This document shows, piece after piece, positions 37,569 through 52,100 of a DNA stretch of 64,000 nt. Position numbers and translations under genes: made by a program. The stretch lies in contig OZ365112.1 of NCBI GenBank assembly GCA_977030845.1, positions 19,220,001 to 19,284,000 of the forward strand, in the 5' to 3' direction. Positions within the stretch are counted from its first letter, which is position 1. Every line of letters begins with the position of its first letter. The stretch comes from Fimbriosthenelais zetlandica. Taxonomy: Eukaryota. The notes beneath the pieces were generated by a model that saw nothing but the letters and a program-made list of their open reading frames with translations, was not told the origin of the DNA and made no database searches.

Positions 37569-38599
37569 GACACAGATTTATCTATAGCTTCAGATGCTGT
37601 GTCGGTCAGCAGGGGTCAGGTAAGTAGTGCATGAAAAGAGGCCTTAATGGAGGAGGAGAAATATATCTCTTAAGGCCCCTTTGACCCACTGATACGCTCA
37701 TATATATGAGCTTTATCACCTGGGCTTAATAAGCAGGCGACTCAATGCTACTAAAATGAGATTGATTTCTAAAGTCACGGACAAGCTAGACTTGTTTTAA
37801 AAGTCCCCTCGGTGGCTATTTCTCATGGCCCTGCAGAGCACTTTGACCCAGAGCTAAAATAAGGGTTCCCTACCAGCGAAAAATGCTGAGCATCCTCATC
37901 GCGAGGACTTAACATTTAAATTATGGCATACCTTTATGGTTCTGTACCAGTACTGAGTGCACGATCTCAAGGCTGGTAAGCTAATGGTGCCTTCTGGTCA
38001 CTAGTTAACGAACTGCTTGCATCTGCTCAGAGGTGATTAGATATATTTTGAACTGCTCATGGCCACTCTTACAGCTTATGCATTTATATAGCTTGTCGGG
38101 AAAACAGCCATGGATTCATTGGATTGCTTATACTCAGAGAATAAAAGTAATAAAAGCTATTCAAAATCCCATACTGATGGTACGGGTTTGAGTCAACCAA
38201 TGAACTGTGTGATAAAGTGCATCTCCCAATTGAGAACCTGAGTAGTCCCCTATCATTAAGCTGGTCTCTCTGGGTAAACCAGGGGAGCGCGCACGTTGAC
38301 TAAACAAATAAATGTTTCCCACAATCTCAGCCTCCCCATGCTTTTATATGGAAAGAGAGCACAACAGCTGAACATCCAAATCTCACCTAAATGACCATGG
38401 CATTCCTCTACCCGATATCAGCTGATTTTAAAAACACGATTCCAGTAACTTATCAAGCTGGTGGGAATGTTCTGAGAAAGAATCATCTTATAGGAATAAT
38501 CTATAGGCTAAGTGAAAGATGCGTTAAGTAGCAAATCAGACAGAAATCAAAGAGAAATTTCAAATTGAAACTGCCATAGTTTAGATATAAACAGAAATA

Positions 38600-41500
38600 A
38601 TAATAAGTTAAGATATAAAATAACGTACAGTACAAGAGAAATGGTACTGAGATAAGTGCCAGTTGTATGAGATAAACTGTTATCTTATCCCTCTCAATAC
38701 TTCTGTAAGGTCCACACTGCCTCTGGTATAGAAGTACATGTTTATACATAGGCCAGGCTTGAGGACACTGATAGGTATATATTCCCTTACAACAGACAGA
38801 AAACAATAGTGTAACTTCTTCAAGTTTTTCTTGCAGGACTCTTTCGTTTCTTCTCAGGTAACTAAAAGGGTGTAAATGATCTAAACATATTGACTAGAAC
38901 AGGACCCAGCACCAGTTGTACAAGATGTTTCTTTTTACAAGTTCTTTTACTATACAGTCAAACAAGCATATATGTGCTTCTGTATCATGTGGGCAAGAAA
39001 TGAGGAGCTGCAGCAACTGTTTTGGTTGTCGATATTCTACTCTTCTTGATCGTAATCCCCAAATTTGTTTTGCTCCCGTTTTTCCCATAAGATCAGTTCC
39101 AGTCGCTGCCTGGGCAAAGAACCCCAATGTTGAATAGATTCTTCTATTCTTTGGTCCCAAATATACCTTTTATGTGGAGGAGGTGGGATTTGTATATTCG
39201 TGCCACCTAGAAGGTGTTTAAACTCATATATTTTCTTAGATGGAAGTTGGAAAATGTGAGGTGTAACATCCAACTGAACTAGATGTCTGAATATGAAGGT
39301 TTCTGATTGGCCCATTCCAAGCCCTTGAACATGTCCAACCTGTGCAGGCTAACTGGAAAGGATTTGGCATTAAAAACCAGTGTCTCAACCAATGAAGACC
39401 ACATGTTGCCCTCTTGAGAAAATCCCAACAAAATCGGTGCCTCAGCCATGTTAAAGAAAAAAAATAGTGAGAGCAGTTGCCAATGTAAGCTCTTAACTGT
39501 AACACTTGTATACGCAAGCACATGACATGGCAATTCCAACCATTGGGCACAAAAATATGTTGACCATAATAATTAGGTAAACCTAACTTATTCATTCCAC
39601 CTAGCAGAAAATTTCGCCAGTTGGTGTAAAGCATTTGTTGTGATCTACCCTTTTGGGGGCATAACACAACAAATATATTAAAAATGGATGGACAACACCT
39701 CGTTTTGTACCTAGCCCAAAATACTGCCGATTTACTCCTAAAGCAAAGCAAATAGCAACACAAAAATGGCGGCCATCTTGGATGTTGACAGAAACTACCC
39801 AGCCTGCAGCGGCTCGTTTTCTAATCAATTGGGAGTCAATGAAACGTGGCAACTACCAAAAATCACAACTCTTTATGCTTTCATCAATAGATGAATAATT
39901 GAGCCATAATGTGCTGCTTATAGTTAGACTAATTTGGATCCTTGGTTTTAGATCAAACTATAGTATAACGCCACTTGCATAAACCCTCATGCTTGTCTAA
40001 CTTTTGGTATGTGTGCTTGTAAATGTGTCTCATATGTAGATTATAAATCTTTTTGCACTGGACAACCTCTAGGTTCAAGATAGAAAATAATAGTAACAGC
40101 ATGGTAACTCTTTGCTGGTATACCACTTCATCAGGCACCCATGGGAGTTTGTTTTTTCTGGAGGCTGACATGTAAAGAGCTAATTTTGGTATTAAGTCAT
40201 ACACAGGGTCCTTTTATTGTGATGTTATAAACACTGCCAAGAAGTGTGTCATTAGAGTTTCTGTCCTCCTAGGCTATGCAGCATCCTGAATTGTTCCTCA
40301 CACATCAGGTTTATAAAATGGCTATTGCTTCCATGGAAGCAGTCCCTGAGATACTGGCCCAGGTCATTCAAAAGAGGAGGAAACATCCAGTTTCGCATGC
40401 CAGATTTATAAATACTCCATTGGTGCAAGAACCATGAATTAAGTACAGGAAACGGAACAGGAGATGGAACCACCAACCTCTAACTCGACCAAGACTGGAA
40501 TGAAATGTTCTTTTGCTGATGTGAACATACATAAACTGCCATTGTGTATAGATTTACAAGTGTGACTATCAATCCTAACCAGATGTTAAATACACAAGTG
40601 GAACCAGCATGTTTTTTTGTTCATAAACCAACCGGCAACAGTACACTGGGGTTTGGATTATATACATAGCTGAAGATGATATACACTGATTCAATAATGT
40701 AGGCACATTTCATGGATGCAGGGAGACACATGATCCCTGTTACCTGCCTTATTAAAGTAAATATGCTACAACACTTTTGGAGAAATATTCATTAGGATAC
40801 ATATCATTTTTTTGCGAAATTCTTCTGATTAAGAATTTAGATATGTCAGAGATAGGCTGCTGTGCTTATTAATACCCAACAATTCACTGGGTAGTACTGA
40901 GGAAATATGTGGGTTTCAGGGTACGTCCCTTTCACCTCAAAACCACCAAATGTCAGCAGGTAGATTGATAAACGAGGCATGAGAAAGTATTTGGCATTTT
41001 GGCAGAGCGAGTCATTCCTAATCATGGAAACTGAAGTGAGTGATAGGATGACCAAGTCATGCTCATATCTTCACACCCCTTGACATTGTAGACAGAGATA
41101 CGCTAATTAAATGGGAAAGGGGGTGTTTGAGTCATTTATAAGCTTATGCCTGATAGAAATGTAAGTCTGACAAGGCATCTTATTTCAGCCAATCCAGTCA
41201 CCACAACCAGTGTGAAGCGACAGCATTATCACTGTTGGCAACATTGGCTGACAACACGAACCGAAGCACATAGGTTGTTGAATAGTTTGTATAAAGTATT
41301 CAGCACTTGGCACCTAAAAAAAGCTTCCTTGAAGACGGGACAAAAGTGATGAAACAAATATAAAAGATCAATAATTCATGATGTTGAATAGTATATTAGA
41401 AGCACTGTGATTCGGACCATATAAACGTCTTGTCATATTTGAACATTGATATATGTTGACACAACAATGTCTTAAAGGCAGAGGGCAGAGGGTTGAATGT

Positions 41501-42660
41501 TTTTCAAACCAGGAATACACCCAGCTGATCAGACTCCATTGGCTAAGAATCAGTCGAGTCTGATGCTTTGCTTTGATACTAATATAGATCTATTAATTTG
41601 ATCATCAGCTGGGCAAAGGAAAACTAAAAGCTTATTCCTGTAGTTTGCTATTGGGCTTGGTGTAGACCAGCCATTATATACCTAGTGCCTATGAAGCATG
41701 CTGATTCTCTAGGGTATAAGGTATTAGAGGAAGTGAGAAGGGTGGAGGAAGTGGTCAGGGGTAAGCCAAACATACCAAACCTGACCTCGTATCAACAGCA
41801 GGAGTATACCTTAAACCTTTATATATTCCTTATAACTCCAGTTCACGTGAGGGTGTACCCTGGGCATTTGGATTACCATGTCAGGTCCATTGAGATGTCT
41901 CTTTTGTAAAATTAAATCAATTCAAGTGTTTATGGGGATGCTGGCAATATTGTGAGTTTTTTTTTGCAGTTATGCCAGCCTGCAAACATCCGAGAGACAG
42001 GCATGTGTACACATGTATGCTCTCTGATCACATCCAGGTACAGATGGTTTTGGTTGCAATATTATGGTCCTGTAACTTGTAAAGCTAATTAGTGGGAATG
42101 TGCATGGTGTAGAGCGACTGCTCCATTTATAAATGTGTGGGTTTTTTCCTGGATGATATAAAAGGCATTTAACCGGCCGGGAAAGGGAATATATCATTCA
42201 ATATGTATTAGCAGGTGTAGAAGCTATATTATTATTTGCATTTTTTCTACGCCTATATGTTAGATATTGTTTATTCTTTGTCCACTGTATCTGGATATTC
42301 CAACACAGTATATAAATAAGATTCACCTAATATATGGCCCCCAAGACATCCACTGTTTAGCATTTTACTACCTGGCAATCCAAACATTTCTATGGCAAGA
42401 ACCATGATATTGGTTACCACGCCGACAAGATTGTACAATGGCACATGTAATTCATCACAAGTAATAAATCTGTTTACTGTTCCAGACATTCAGTTCGGGA
42501 TATTCTTCAAAGGTTCTCATTTATTGGGCTGAGGGAACTGGTCTCATCCCATGCTACCGTGAAGCCAGTCCTATGTTTATCTAGTTGGGTGAATCTCGAC
42601 ATCTGATGCCGATACCTTTCCTGCTCACAACTCATACGTCAGAACTCCAACTCTTCATGT
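38600..42660 (-). mobile_element. Decayed L1-clade LINE ORF2 (EN-RT-C-terminal); no ORF1 seen
   Basis: Minus strand: LGGH in ORF 42271-42489, HPGK..YKWSSR in ORF 41970-42197, QYYPV in ORF 40846-41055, LIRQVTGIM (for LIH.DQTGF) ~40750, KSGMRNWMFPPLL (for RG.RQGCPLSPLL) 40407-40369, KLALY ~40185, GGMNKLGLPNYY 39601-39566. Confidence 0.7.
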
Positions 42661-42999
42661 ATTGAATATCAGACCTTTAGCACTAGGGAAGTTAACTCAT
42701 GTCTAGCCTAGCTTGCCATTGGGTAAACTTGCATTCTTTGGCATGCAGTGATTTACACGTACGCGTACCACAGACTTGTCTTGATCCCCCACCTTCCCTC
42801 CTGTTCAGGTCGTAGTAGACGCAACCCCGGCAGGCATCTTGAATATGTAGGCGGATAAACCTAAGATATTGAAGTATCAACTGGTGTCTGGCTCCCTATA
42901 TCTGCTCCCAAGGCACCATGAGGTTAAGCTTGGGCAATATCAGGTTGTCTATCTGTTAAATCAATAGCTCATGCTGGCCATCAGATGAAGCAAAGTATT

Positions 43000-45900
43000 T
43001 TACAATCACCTCTTCACATCGTGGCAATAGAGAATTCGTTCAGTATAGAAAAAAGACTCCAGGAGATTATCTATAATAAATTAAACATACCATAAAGTTG
43101 CCATAGGACAATCAAAGATAATATTTAAGTAAGAAAATGCATAAATATATTGCTGAAGATAAGGGTAGCTCCGAAATGTCCTCCCCACTGTATTATTTAC
43201 TAGTAGCTGAGGTAGGTTTGCCTCTGAATATATGCCTCCGAGTGATGATTGCACGCCTAACCCAGGTAGCCCTCAGCAAATTCATTCCACAGTGTTTTCT
43301 AATACTTGTCCTTCTGCCTTCCTCCTTGATATCACAAGGAATACCAGCGAAAGGTTATCCAGGACGGAGGATCACACCTATGTGAGATATGCCCACCCAG
43401 TATCACACCCTTAGCGCAGATGTTCTTCTGAAGTTCTTACATCAACTTCCCCCGACCTGATACCCCACTTGTGGCATGGAAGCATTGAACATACAGGAGC
43501 TTTTGTATCCAAATATATAATTGTATCAGGTGAAGTAAGATTCGGGGTATCTTTTCTTCTAAATCATACCAATGGTTGCCTGTGTACGACAAAAAACAAG
43601 AAGCTAGGCCTCTGTATCACTTTCACATTGTTATATCTTTAAGCATACTCTTCTTATGTCGCACAGCATTCTGTGGAACAAACCCCTTTACATTTCCATC
43701 GCCATATCCTATATGATTTTTTTAATTCCATTCATTTATCTTATGAAAAGAGTGTAAAATGCACACTGTACTTAGCGCTTTACCCACTGCACGGAAGTGA
43801 GGCCATACTTCATGTGGGAGGTCACACTTTCCTCCCTGTACTAATAACTAAGCAAGGGAGACTAGATAGTTGGACGAGGTTTTTTTTCATGTCTCTGTCA
43901 TGTTCCTATCCCAAAGCTCCAGAGGAGGCCAGAGAGTATTAATTATGGTACATAGATCACTTTCTACACATGATAACTTACACATACCGCCAGAATGTGC
44001 TCAAAGTTTGAACACATTATGCCAACCATTTTGGAATCAAGATTTGTGTGATTAAAGACGATATAATGCAGAAAGAAGAATACTGGACGTGTGATTTTGA
44101 CAGAAATAGAATTCAATTTTCAAACAGCTGCTTAGCAACGAGACTAGGGGCTTCACTTGTCTACCATAGCAAAAAAAAACTGCATATGGATAGGCATTAC
44201 TTGACGTAGTCTAATATATCCCTGCCTTGAGTAGGGACCAGTCACTGGAATGTGGAGCACACCAGAGAAAGCTGTTGGTGTCTGTAACGTGTTGACACCC
44301 ATGGTTTCTCAGCTTCCTCCATCCATGGTTGTTAACCAAAGACCCCCTGTATTCCCCTTATAACTCACACGTCTGTACCGTACTATACTAATGACGCGTG
44401 GTAGGTGTCATGGAAGAAGGCAGCGAGGGCGACATTGTGAAGTCTGCAGGAGCGCGACAAAGCCATCTGTTTGACTGATTGATAAGTCAAACTTGTCTGA
44501 CAGGGGCAAAGGTCTCTGATGGGTAACAGCGTGGTGCAGATTTCAGTCCATAGAGTCCAACTTTATAACATGTATTGAGCAACAGGTTTCATCTTCCTCC
44601 CACTCCTCTTTTCCTTCCAACCCCGTGTGGTCTTAACCCTTTAACCCTACCAAATCATTGTAGACATACGCAATTTCTAGCAACTATTGAAGGAGCAACT
44701 ATTGCAAAGTACTTGAGACTGCCTTTTTACATTGCTCTCTTCTACTAGCTTCTTTGAGGCGATTGGTGGTAGCTGATAAGTAGCTAGGTACAGTGATAAG
44801 CCATCACAACTATTCGGTGGTACGAAGTACTCCCTCTCTGACTCATTTGTACGAGTTGCTCATCTTTTGTACTGGTGCTAGGTGTGTCTATGGCAGAGAT
44901 TTATGAGGACTGATAAGGGACCTGGTACAAAGGATTCTATGGTGGGGATTGTTGGCAGGTTATCTCCTACACAGGTTATTATAATTACCATGGAGATATA
45001 ATGTATATCTCTAATACAATGAGCTTTCTCCTGAATCTCACTGGTCATTTGGGACATTCATTGATAGTGTAGAAAGGAGGAAGTGATAGCTATAGATGGT
45101 AATTAAGATTGTGGCTGTGTTCACATTTCTGATGTCATTTATTATATGGTTCAAAGTGAATCTTTTTTTCCTATGCTTGATCAAAGCATCAGCAATGCTC
45201 AATGGTATATATTTTCAAATTTCATATTCATTTTTGAGGGATCCAGTTTATGTCAGTGCATGCCAATTACCAAAGGTGATTTTTCCCACATAAAAGCATT
45301 GTCTTTCTAAGTTATGACCATTGGCTCTTGCTGGTTCCCCTCTTGTTGTACAGCCGTGCAGTATTTCATGTGAACCCGTGTTATTTCTGTCGAAAAAAGG
45401 AAAATAGATCCTCCAACAGGTTGCATTAGCAACAGATCCTTGTTTTCTCAGCTCCAGAAGTCAAACTAACAATAAAACAAATCTTGTTGTCGTCGGCACA
45501 AATGCTTTCCTCCGAAGAGTTCTCGAGAGCCTTGGGCATTTTCTGGAAGCAGACTAGTGCTTTAGGGGATCAAGAAGAAGTTTAATAAAATCTCAGGAAA
45601 AAACTAAAAAAACTGCTTGATGGTATAACATAAAGGAGTACACTGTAAACAGCTGTTGTAGGTGTGAGGGATATGGGAAGCGGGTGATATCATATGTATT
45701 TGTTATTAAATGTAGATCCATGTTTTCATAAATGGGTCATTCTTGCATCAGTTTGGCCCTTTGTCAACATCAGCTTTCTGCCGTGTTTGTGTATATAAGA
45801 GGACCTTGCAATCTCGGGAGCCCTAGTATTGGGTCTAGGGGGGAAACAAAGGTAAATCCAAGTCATTCTTTATATATCTCAAATATGAAATATACTGTGT

Positions 45901-47600
45901 CACCTGTCAGATGTAGCTCCTCAAAATGAGCAGCAAACAACATTTAGATTCTTTCGCTCACTTTAGTTATTTGGGGAAAAATTGGGAATGAAATTTGAAC
46001 ACAGAGACATCCATAGTTAAATGGGAAGGGTAACAATTTGCATGCAAATGCATTGTTATGTTATAGATCTTTAGTTGGAAAAGTTGACTACTGAGATAGT
46101 CCTTTATATTTGCGGCAATAGGGGATTGATCAAGCGTTTTCAAACTGAACAAAATGATTAGGAATCGTTAGTAAAATTCCTGCTAACCTTCCTAAGGGCG
46201 GTGTACATGGAGTGACGGTAATGGTTACATCCCGTGTTGGATTCCTATTGAAGGAATCAGAGAGTGGCAGCATATCATGTGTTGAGGAATACATCTTGTC
46301 AAAATCCAAATCCTTTCAATCCTTAATTGATAATGTCTTAATTAGGTCATCCCCAAACCACATTAAATCCTCCTCTAACACAACTTGGCAGTTGGTGAGC
46401 CAAATAACTTTGAAAGAACTCATTTTGCTCCATATCCAGTTTGTGGTTCAAATTTGCCATCAAAGCCATTTTAAATAGCTGGCTCAAATTGTAGGACATT
46501 CCCCGTGGAAACCAGGTGTGTAATACAAGTTGGTAATCCATACATAATCAATTACCCTTTTAACTCCAGAATAAGGGTTACTGACTCGGAGATTTCATTT
46601 TCTGATCCATTTCCCCTGCAGGTAAATATATATGTCTAGGGTCCCAGCATGGTGCTTCCATTGGAGAAGACACTTTTCTCTAAGTGAGAGATTCCAAAGC
46701 CTAGGTAAGTCTTCGGGGTAGCAGAGAGTTTGAGAGATGGAGAGAAGTAGAAAGATGGGGGCACTCATCAGTCATAAAGTACACTTGTTCGCCAGTAAGG
46801 ATTCATTTCAAAACCCTGATCCACACAATGTGATGAAATACTGGAAAATTGACAAGCAATGAGCATTCTCCATGGTTAGGGCTAAAGAGAGATTTGCGCT
46901 ACCTTATAAAATGGGTAGTGACCCCAGTGGAACTGATAGGTGGGAAGTCTTTTTGGTGGGTGGTGCTCATAGGCGTCCTCCTATTGCTCCAGGAGGTTCC
47001 TCCAGGTAGCCTATAGCATTTGGATTGCTTAGATATGGATAAGACCCTGGAGAGAGAGGTGGAGAGGGGTTGGCTCCCCTTTCGTAAAGGTTGGATTGAT
47101 AGGTGAATGTCATGATGGTAGATATATACACACTAGCTTCCCAAGAGTATAATATATTATGCCTGACTACTATATTTTCCCTATTTATTAGTCAAGATTG
47201 ACAGCTTTCCATTGTAAGATACTTATTTCAAATGTTCCTCGGTCAAAGAAAGTTACCAAACTACGACACTACAAAGAGGTACTAGAAAAACGCCTTGCAT
47301 GCATCATCCAGTTGCCCGCCTAAATCCAACCGTGTATAGGTCATTCCTATCTCTGCCTTGAGAGGCCCTAGAATTTTTATGGTCAATTTACCTGCATACC
47401 TGTAGTAAATCCTGATAAACCTCGACGTTAACAACATAGTTCTCTACTCAGATCTGTACATGCAGACATATTTTATTATAGTATTTTGGTGATCTAGAGA
47501 TATCAAAATGCCATAGATTTCCAGAATCACAATTCCTGAATCACAATTCTTATGTCTGATCTTGGAGTTAATAAACATGGACTCTTGCTGAAGTAATGCA
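43000..47600 (-). mobile_element. Near full-length decayed L1-clade LINE (ORF1 C-terminal part, EN, RT start, C-terminal domain)
   Basis: Minus strand: VYQD ~47415 (ORF1), LDIYIYLQ ~46640-46615, NEFFQ...RGGFN 46373-46362, DQSPI (for DHSPI) 46131-46117, YIPLSI ~45210, NDQ ~45045, IWRW..KGV ~43710, IQLYIW.QKLLY ~43520, C...GGHISH.C ~43420. The RT core between 44.9 and 43.9 kb was not recognisable. Confidence 0.55.
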
Positions 47601-48299
47601 TTCACAGGTGTTGCCCGCTTTTTACCCCGTACTTTGGTCCAGTTTGGTTCCCCATTTCATGTGCATTCCATGGAGGAAAAATCATTATTTCGTTTTTACA
47701 TTCATTGTTTTTCCTTTCCTAAGGTTTTCAAAGTCTATCAGTGGAATGTATGAGTACTGCTCACAAGTGGAGAAAGATTTATGTTCTTGAATCAAATGTC
47801 TTAATAGCTCTTGCTCAGAGGCTGTGATATATCTGCAACCTTGCTACTAACCCAACCCATGTACCACCATACCTGTTTCCACCTGCCACATGATAACAAC
47901 CAGTTAGATTCCTGAACACCCGCACATGTCTACAGATAGGGTCCCTCCCACACAGCTCCCCTACCTCCCACCTAATGTATAAAGACATAGCTGTCAACCC
48001 CTCTATAACACACACTGTCAATACCTTCAGAGTGGGAATAGTGTTGATACAACTGCTTATTTTTCACTTACAACAGTTGAGGCAATAGAGCAAGATGGTA
48101 AAGACTCGTAAACAAAATGACAAGACTTCAACTAAAGAAATTACGTGCCATCAAATTGGGGGAAAAAATCTAAATAAGTAACATTTAAGATGTTGGTGCT
48201 TGAGTAGCAACCTTTCGATGCTTAGATGATGGAGCAACAGCTGGGTATCAAATGTGAAGTGTTTAAATGGTAAACAGATCGACAACTCTAGCTTTTACC

Positions 48300-49100
48300 T
48301 AACACTTGTTGTACGCAATTTGGTGCAAAGGCATAAATCCTATACATACCATTTGCATATCACTGATTATATATACTATCTGTTGACAACAGGCATTTCA
48401 CTGTCTGATTACTTCCTGAAAGGTATTTGATAAGTCCATCCAACTCTCTATTATAAATAACTATTTCGTGTGTTCTTTCATATAATAGAGCTGAATATTA
48501 CTAAGTAGTCAACTGATAATAGCTGGACATATTTTCATAGGATTTGGGATATAAACTATCTATATGATTAAAACATTATTTTTAAATCATTTTAAGCCTT
48601 GCTGAGCTATGCCACAGGCAAGCATTCCACCAGTATGTAATCAAATATCAGCTGATAGTTCATTGCTGAGGTTTCAACCGCATCAATCTAACTGCACGAC
48701 AGTTCTGAAACCATCTGTATTTTATTAAAACAGGTGCAAGCAAGGCATCCGACAGTTCAATCTCCACCAGAAATTGAAATCCAATCTTGGTGAGAGACCA
48801 TATATATCAGCAGATGATTGGAGCTTAACGAAATCTTAAGCTTAAGCTTCAGTATATTGAAAGGAGGAGCACTGCACACAACTGGGTTAAGACTGAATGT
48901 GCATTGTCACACTTCAAGAATTTCAAGCTGAGAAATTTCAAATCCTGTATCAGTTTAATTGATATCATGTATAGAAGAGTAACATTTAGCAACAGGGTTC
49001 ATTCAGTGTTGTTGCCGGAACACCAGTGAGATAGTTATATTGATTCACACCAGGGGGAGGTAGGCACTATTTGAAACACAACTTAAGCACCCTGGCTATA
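48300..49100 (+). mobile_element. Possible RTE/CR1-type RT remnant
   Basis: IWCKGINP ~48318, FLKG ~48415, GKHST ~48615, SKASDS (for SKAFDS) ~48738, GLR..CALS (for GVRQGC.LS) ~48885-48910. Confidence 0.35.
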
Positions 49101-52100
49101 ATCCTGCCAGCCATGCAGCGTTCACTGGGCCACATGAAAGATATCCTGCCCTGAGCCTATGAGATTCAACTGTAAACACATCGTGATAGAGAGTATATCG
49201 TGCGGGGGAGAAGTAATGTTGTTTAATAATGTTATAACAACATACGGGTAAACATTCTTTGTCAGCAAAAAAGTGAACAGTGATACCGTTCAGTACCATA
49301 AATTTCACTTAATGTTTCTTCTCTACTTCAATGTATTCTGGGTCAATCACTTCTCTCTCATTGAGCAGTGAGTCCTAGTTGGAACCAGTTTTGAATTGTG
49401 TACCTGATCAGAGCAGTCATCACCGTCTATTCACCATCTCGTACAGCTATCCCTGGCAGACGGCAGCAGGTTAAACTGTGTCAACTATCCCCCCACACAC
49501 CTTTTTTCCCTACCACCAAATCTGCAACATAAGCAGGAAACCTACTACTCCTACAACTCCTCCTCACATTCCCCCCAACGACTCACTTTGCATCCCATTC
49601 CTATGCATCCCTCCTATTTGACTGTTGAGCTTTTATTGAATTCAACCTGGATGGGCACCAACAGGATGAGCAAATCCTGGGTCCTTTTTTGAATTTTATT
49701 TTCAGTCAGCGCCTGGTACATTGGGGTCAGCAATATATATCTCCCCTGAAAAGCCTATCTGCCTGTAAGGGCGTTTATCGCCTGGCACGAGAGACCTCGC
49801 AGCGTTAGTAGCACGTCTATCAAGTTCTGACTTGAACCCCTGGCGACAAGGAACGACAGATATCCCGGGAAAGACGTGACTGAAACCCAGCCCTGGACTT
49901 GTCTGCACTACACAACATATAAAGATCTGTCTGAGGTGGGATGTATCATGTATACAGATTGTCTCAAGATATCTTTTATAATCTTAAAATATTATACATT
50001 CACCTTAGATGGAGGAGACACGAAAGTTCTGACAGCCTACCGTAAATTGGGAACCCATGCACATGCTAGTGGGAGGGAGAAAGGGGAGAGTCCATGTCAA
50101 TATGTATGGATGTCCTCCAACAGAGTGAAATTAGGAACGATGCAGACACTGCTTTAATGTAAAATCAATATTCATTAAAACCAATGCCACCCTTAGGTGC
50201 CACAATGAATTCCAAACTCGCCATCTCTTCTCTGTATTTTCATTGCTGCTTTACTTTTTAAAAGTTGTATCTCAAAGGGATTTATTCTAAAGTTTTGTTT
50301 GTATAAATTTTCCTATATTAGTTGTTCATCTTCTGTTGGTTTATCTGAAAGTTCCATTAAAGGTTTCATGTACAAATACAACGCAGTTGGGAAGGAAAGC
50401 CAAAGACAAAAATGATGTATTTGACCCATATTTAAGAAAAACTAATGTACTCTCCCTTGAGGGTTCCAGGGTTTCCATTTTCTTACTTCCATCTTTTCAT
50501 CTGAAGATGTGAGTCACGATCTGGGGCTACAATCCCACTTGTTTGAACATGAGAATGTTTTGTCCCTTGTGTGATACCGAAATGAACCTATCTATATTCC
50601 AAAACGGACCCATTGACTGGCAGCAGACTGGCACTGTGAGATATAATTAGGCTTAGAGTATTTCAGTAAACTCAGTGAAAACTCTCATAATGATTGCCTT
50701 TGTTGTACATGCCGTAATAAATTTAACTTATAGCTCAGAAACCTGTCCTTCCATTGTTGCCCTTTATTCCTAACTTTATTTAACTGAATATGTGACATGC
50801 TTTATGAGAAATTGGCAGACCATCATTATAATAAAGACAAGAATATTTTGTCGTGTGTCGCATGAATAAATTGATATAATCCTTATTATAATGCTCATAA
50901 AGCCGATCTTCATATTATGGTGAAGGCATTTTAAGCTAAGTGAGGGGTAGAGTGATTATATATAAGCCTGTGAGTGATATCCATCAATGTAAGGGTGTTA
51001 TTATAGTCAGTGAAGCATTGAGATGTTCAACCATCTCGGCGTTGCCATGGCCACATCAGATTATGGCACCAATGCTTCACTACCCCAGCTAAGCATTGAT
51101 ATTTTATATATTAGTTTTTATTATGATGTGAGATCTATTTAAAATTAATTTAAAATGCAAAGGTATTTAGTATAAAAATAGCAAAGATTAAAATAGAAAT
51201 TTGACATAAAAAGTTTCAAGATTAAATGCTGCATAACTATTGTCACTCTTGCAGGTGGTAAATGGTTTATGATGAATATATATGATATGATTGAAGCGGA
51301 GAAGCATGTCTGATATACACAGACAACTGGTGTAAATGACAGGTGATTCATTTAGAATAAAAAGTCATGGTTATGTAGTCACACTGCACTACCCAATGCG
51401 TAGGAGGATAGTTATTAATGAAACGCACAGGGGTTCCCCTTGTGAGGAATCTCTGCATCCGATTTTGAAACATTCTGATTTTTTTTAACAGGAAGAAGCT
51501 AAAAATATATAAGACATTATACCAAGGACAGATTTTGATCAAATTTCAGGTGCATGGGTGCATGGGTCTATCGTAGAAATGTTGTATAGATGTTGTAGAA
51601 ATGTAGTATAAATGTTGGCTGTGCGAGTAAACAAATTCTTTTAAAGCTGCTCTAACAGAAGTCTTGGATGAACCATCAACATGAAAGGAAACAATATGTA
51701 TGGATAAAACAGTTATGTATTGCATACCTATTGGAGTATTTGACTGATAAAAGTTGGACGAGATTGTGTTTATATGAAAACAGCATACAAAACAAAACGC
51801 CATGGTGGCATTCATAGCCCTAGATCCTCTCCCACACCAGGTATGACATGAATATATCAGTAAATTAATCACTTTTCAATCAAGTTCAGTCTCACTTTTC
51901 ATTTGTATGATTTTAGATAGTTTTGATTGCTTATTTCTCAATGAAATTGACTCAATGTGGGGCAGCATCGGATGGCCTGATGTTTACAATATCGGCTTAC
52001 ATTCTGACCTACATCCTGCTATAGTAACTAAAATCACACTTGTATGGTGATTGATACGACAAGTCATAGTATATTCTTGATGAGGTAGGTAAACTTTATA

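Noticed and set aside
39236-39763. Longest ORF (175 aa) as a host gene
   Set aside because: It contains an L1 RT-thumb-like motif (GG..LGLPNYY) inside a colinear L1 fossil, so it is best explained as a chance open stretch.
50540-50600. CPLC zinc-knuckle-like motif
   Set aside because: The downstream His and Cys are missing and there is no supporting upstream RT.
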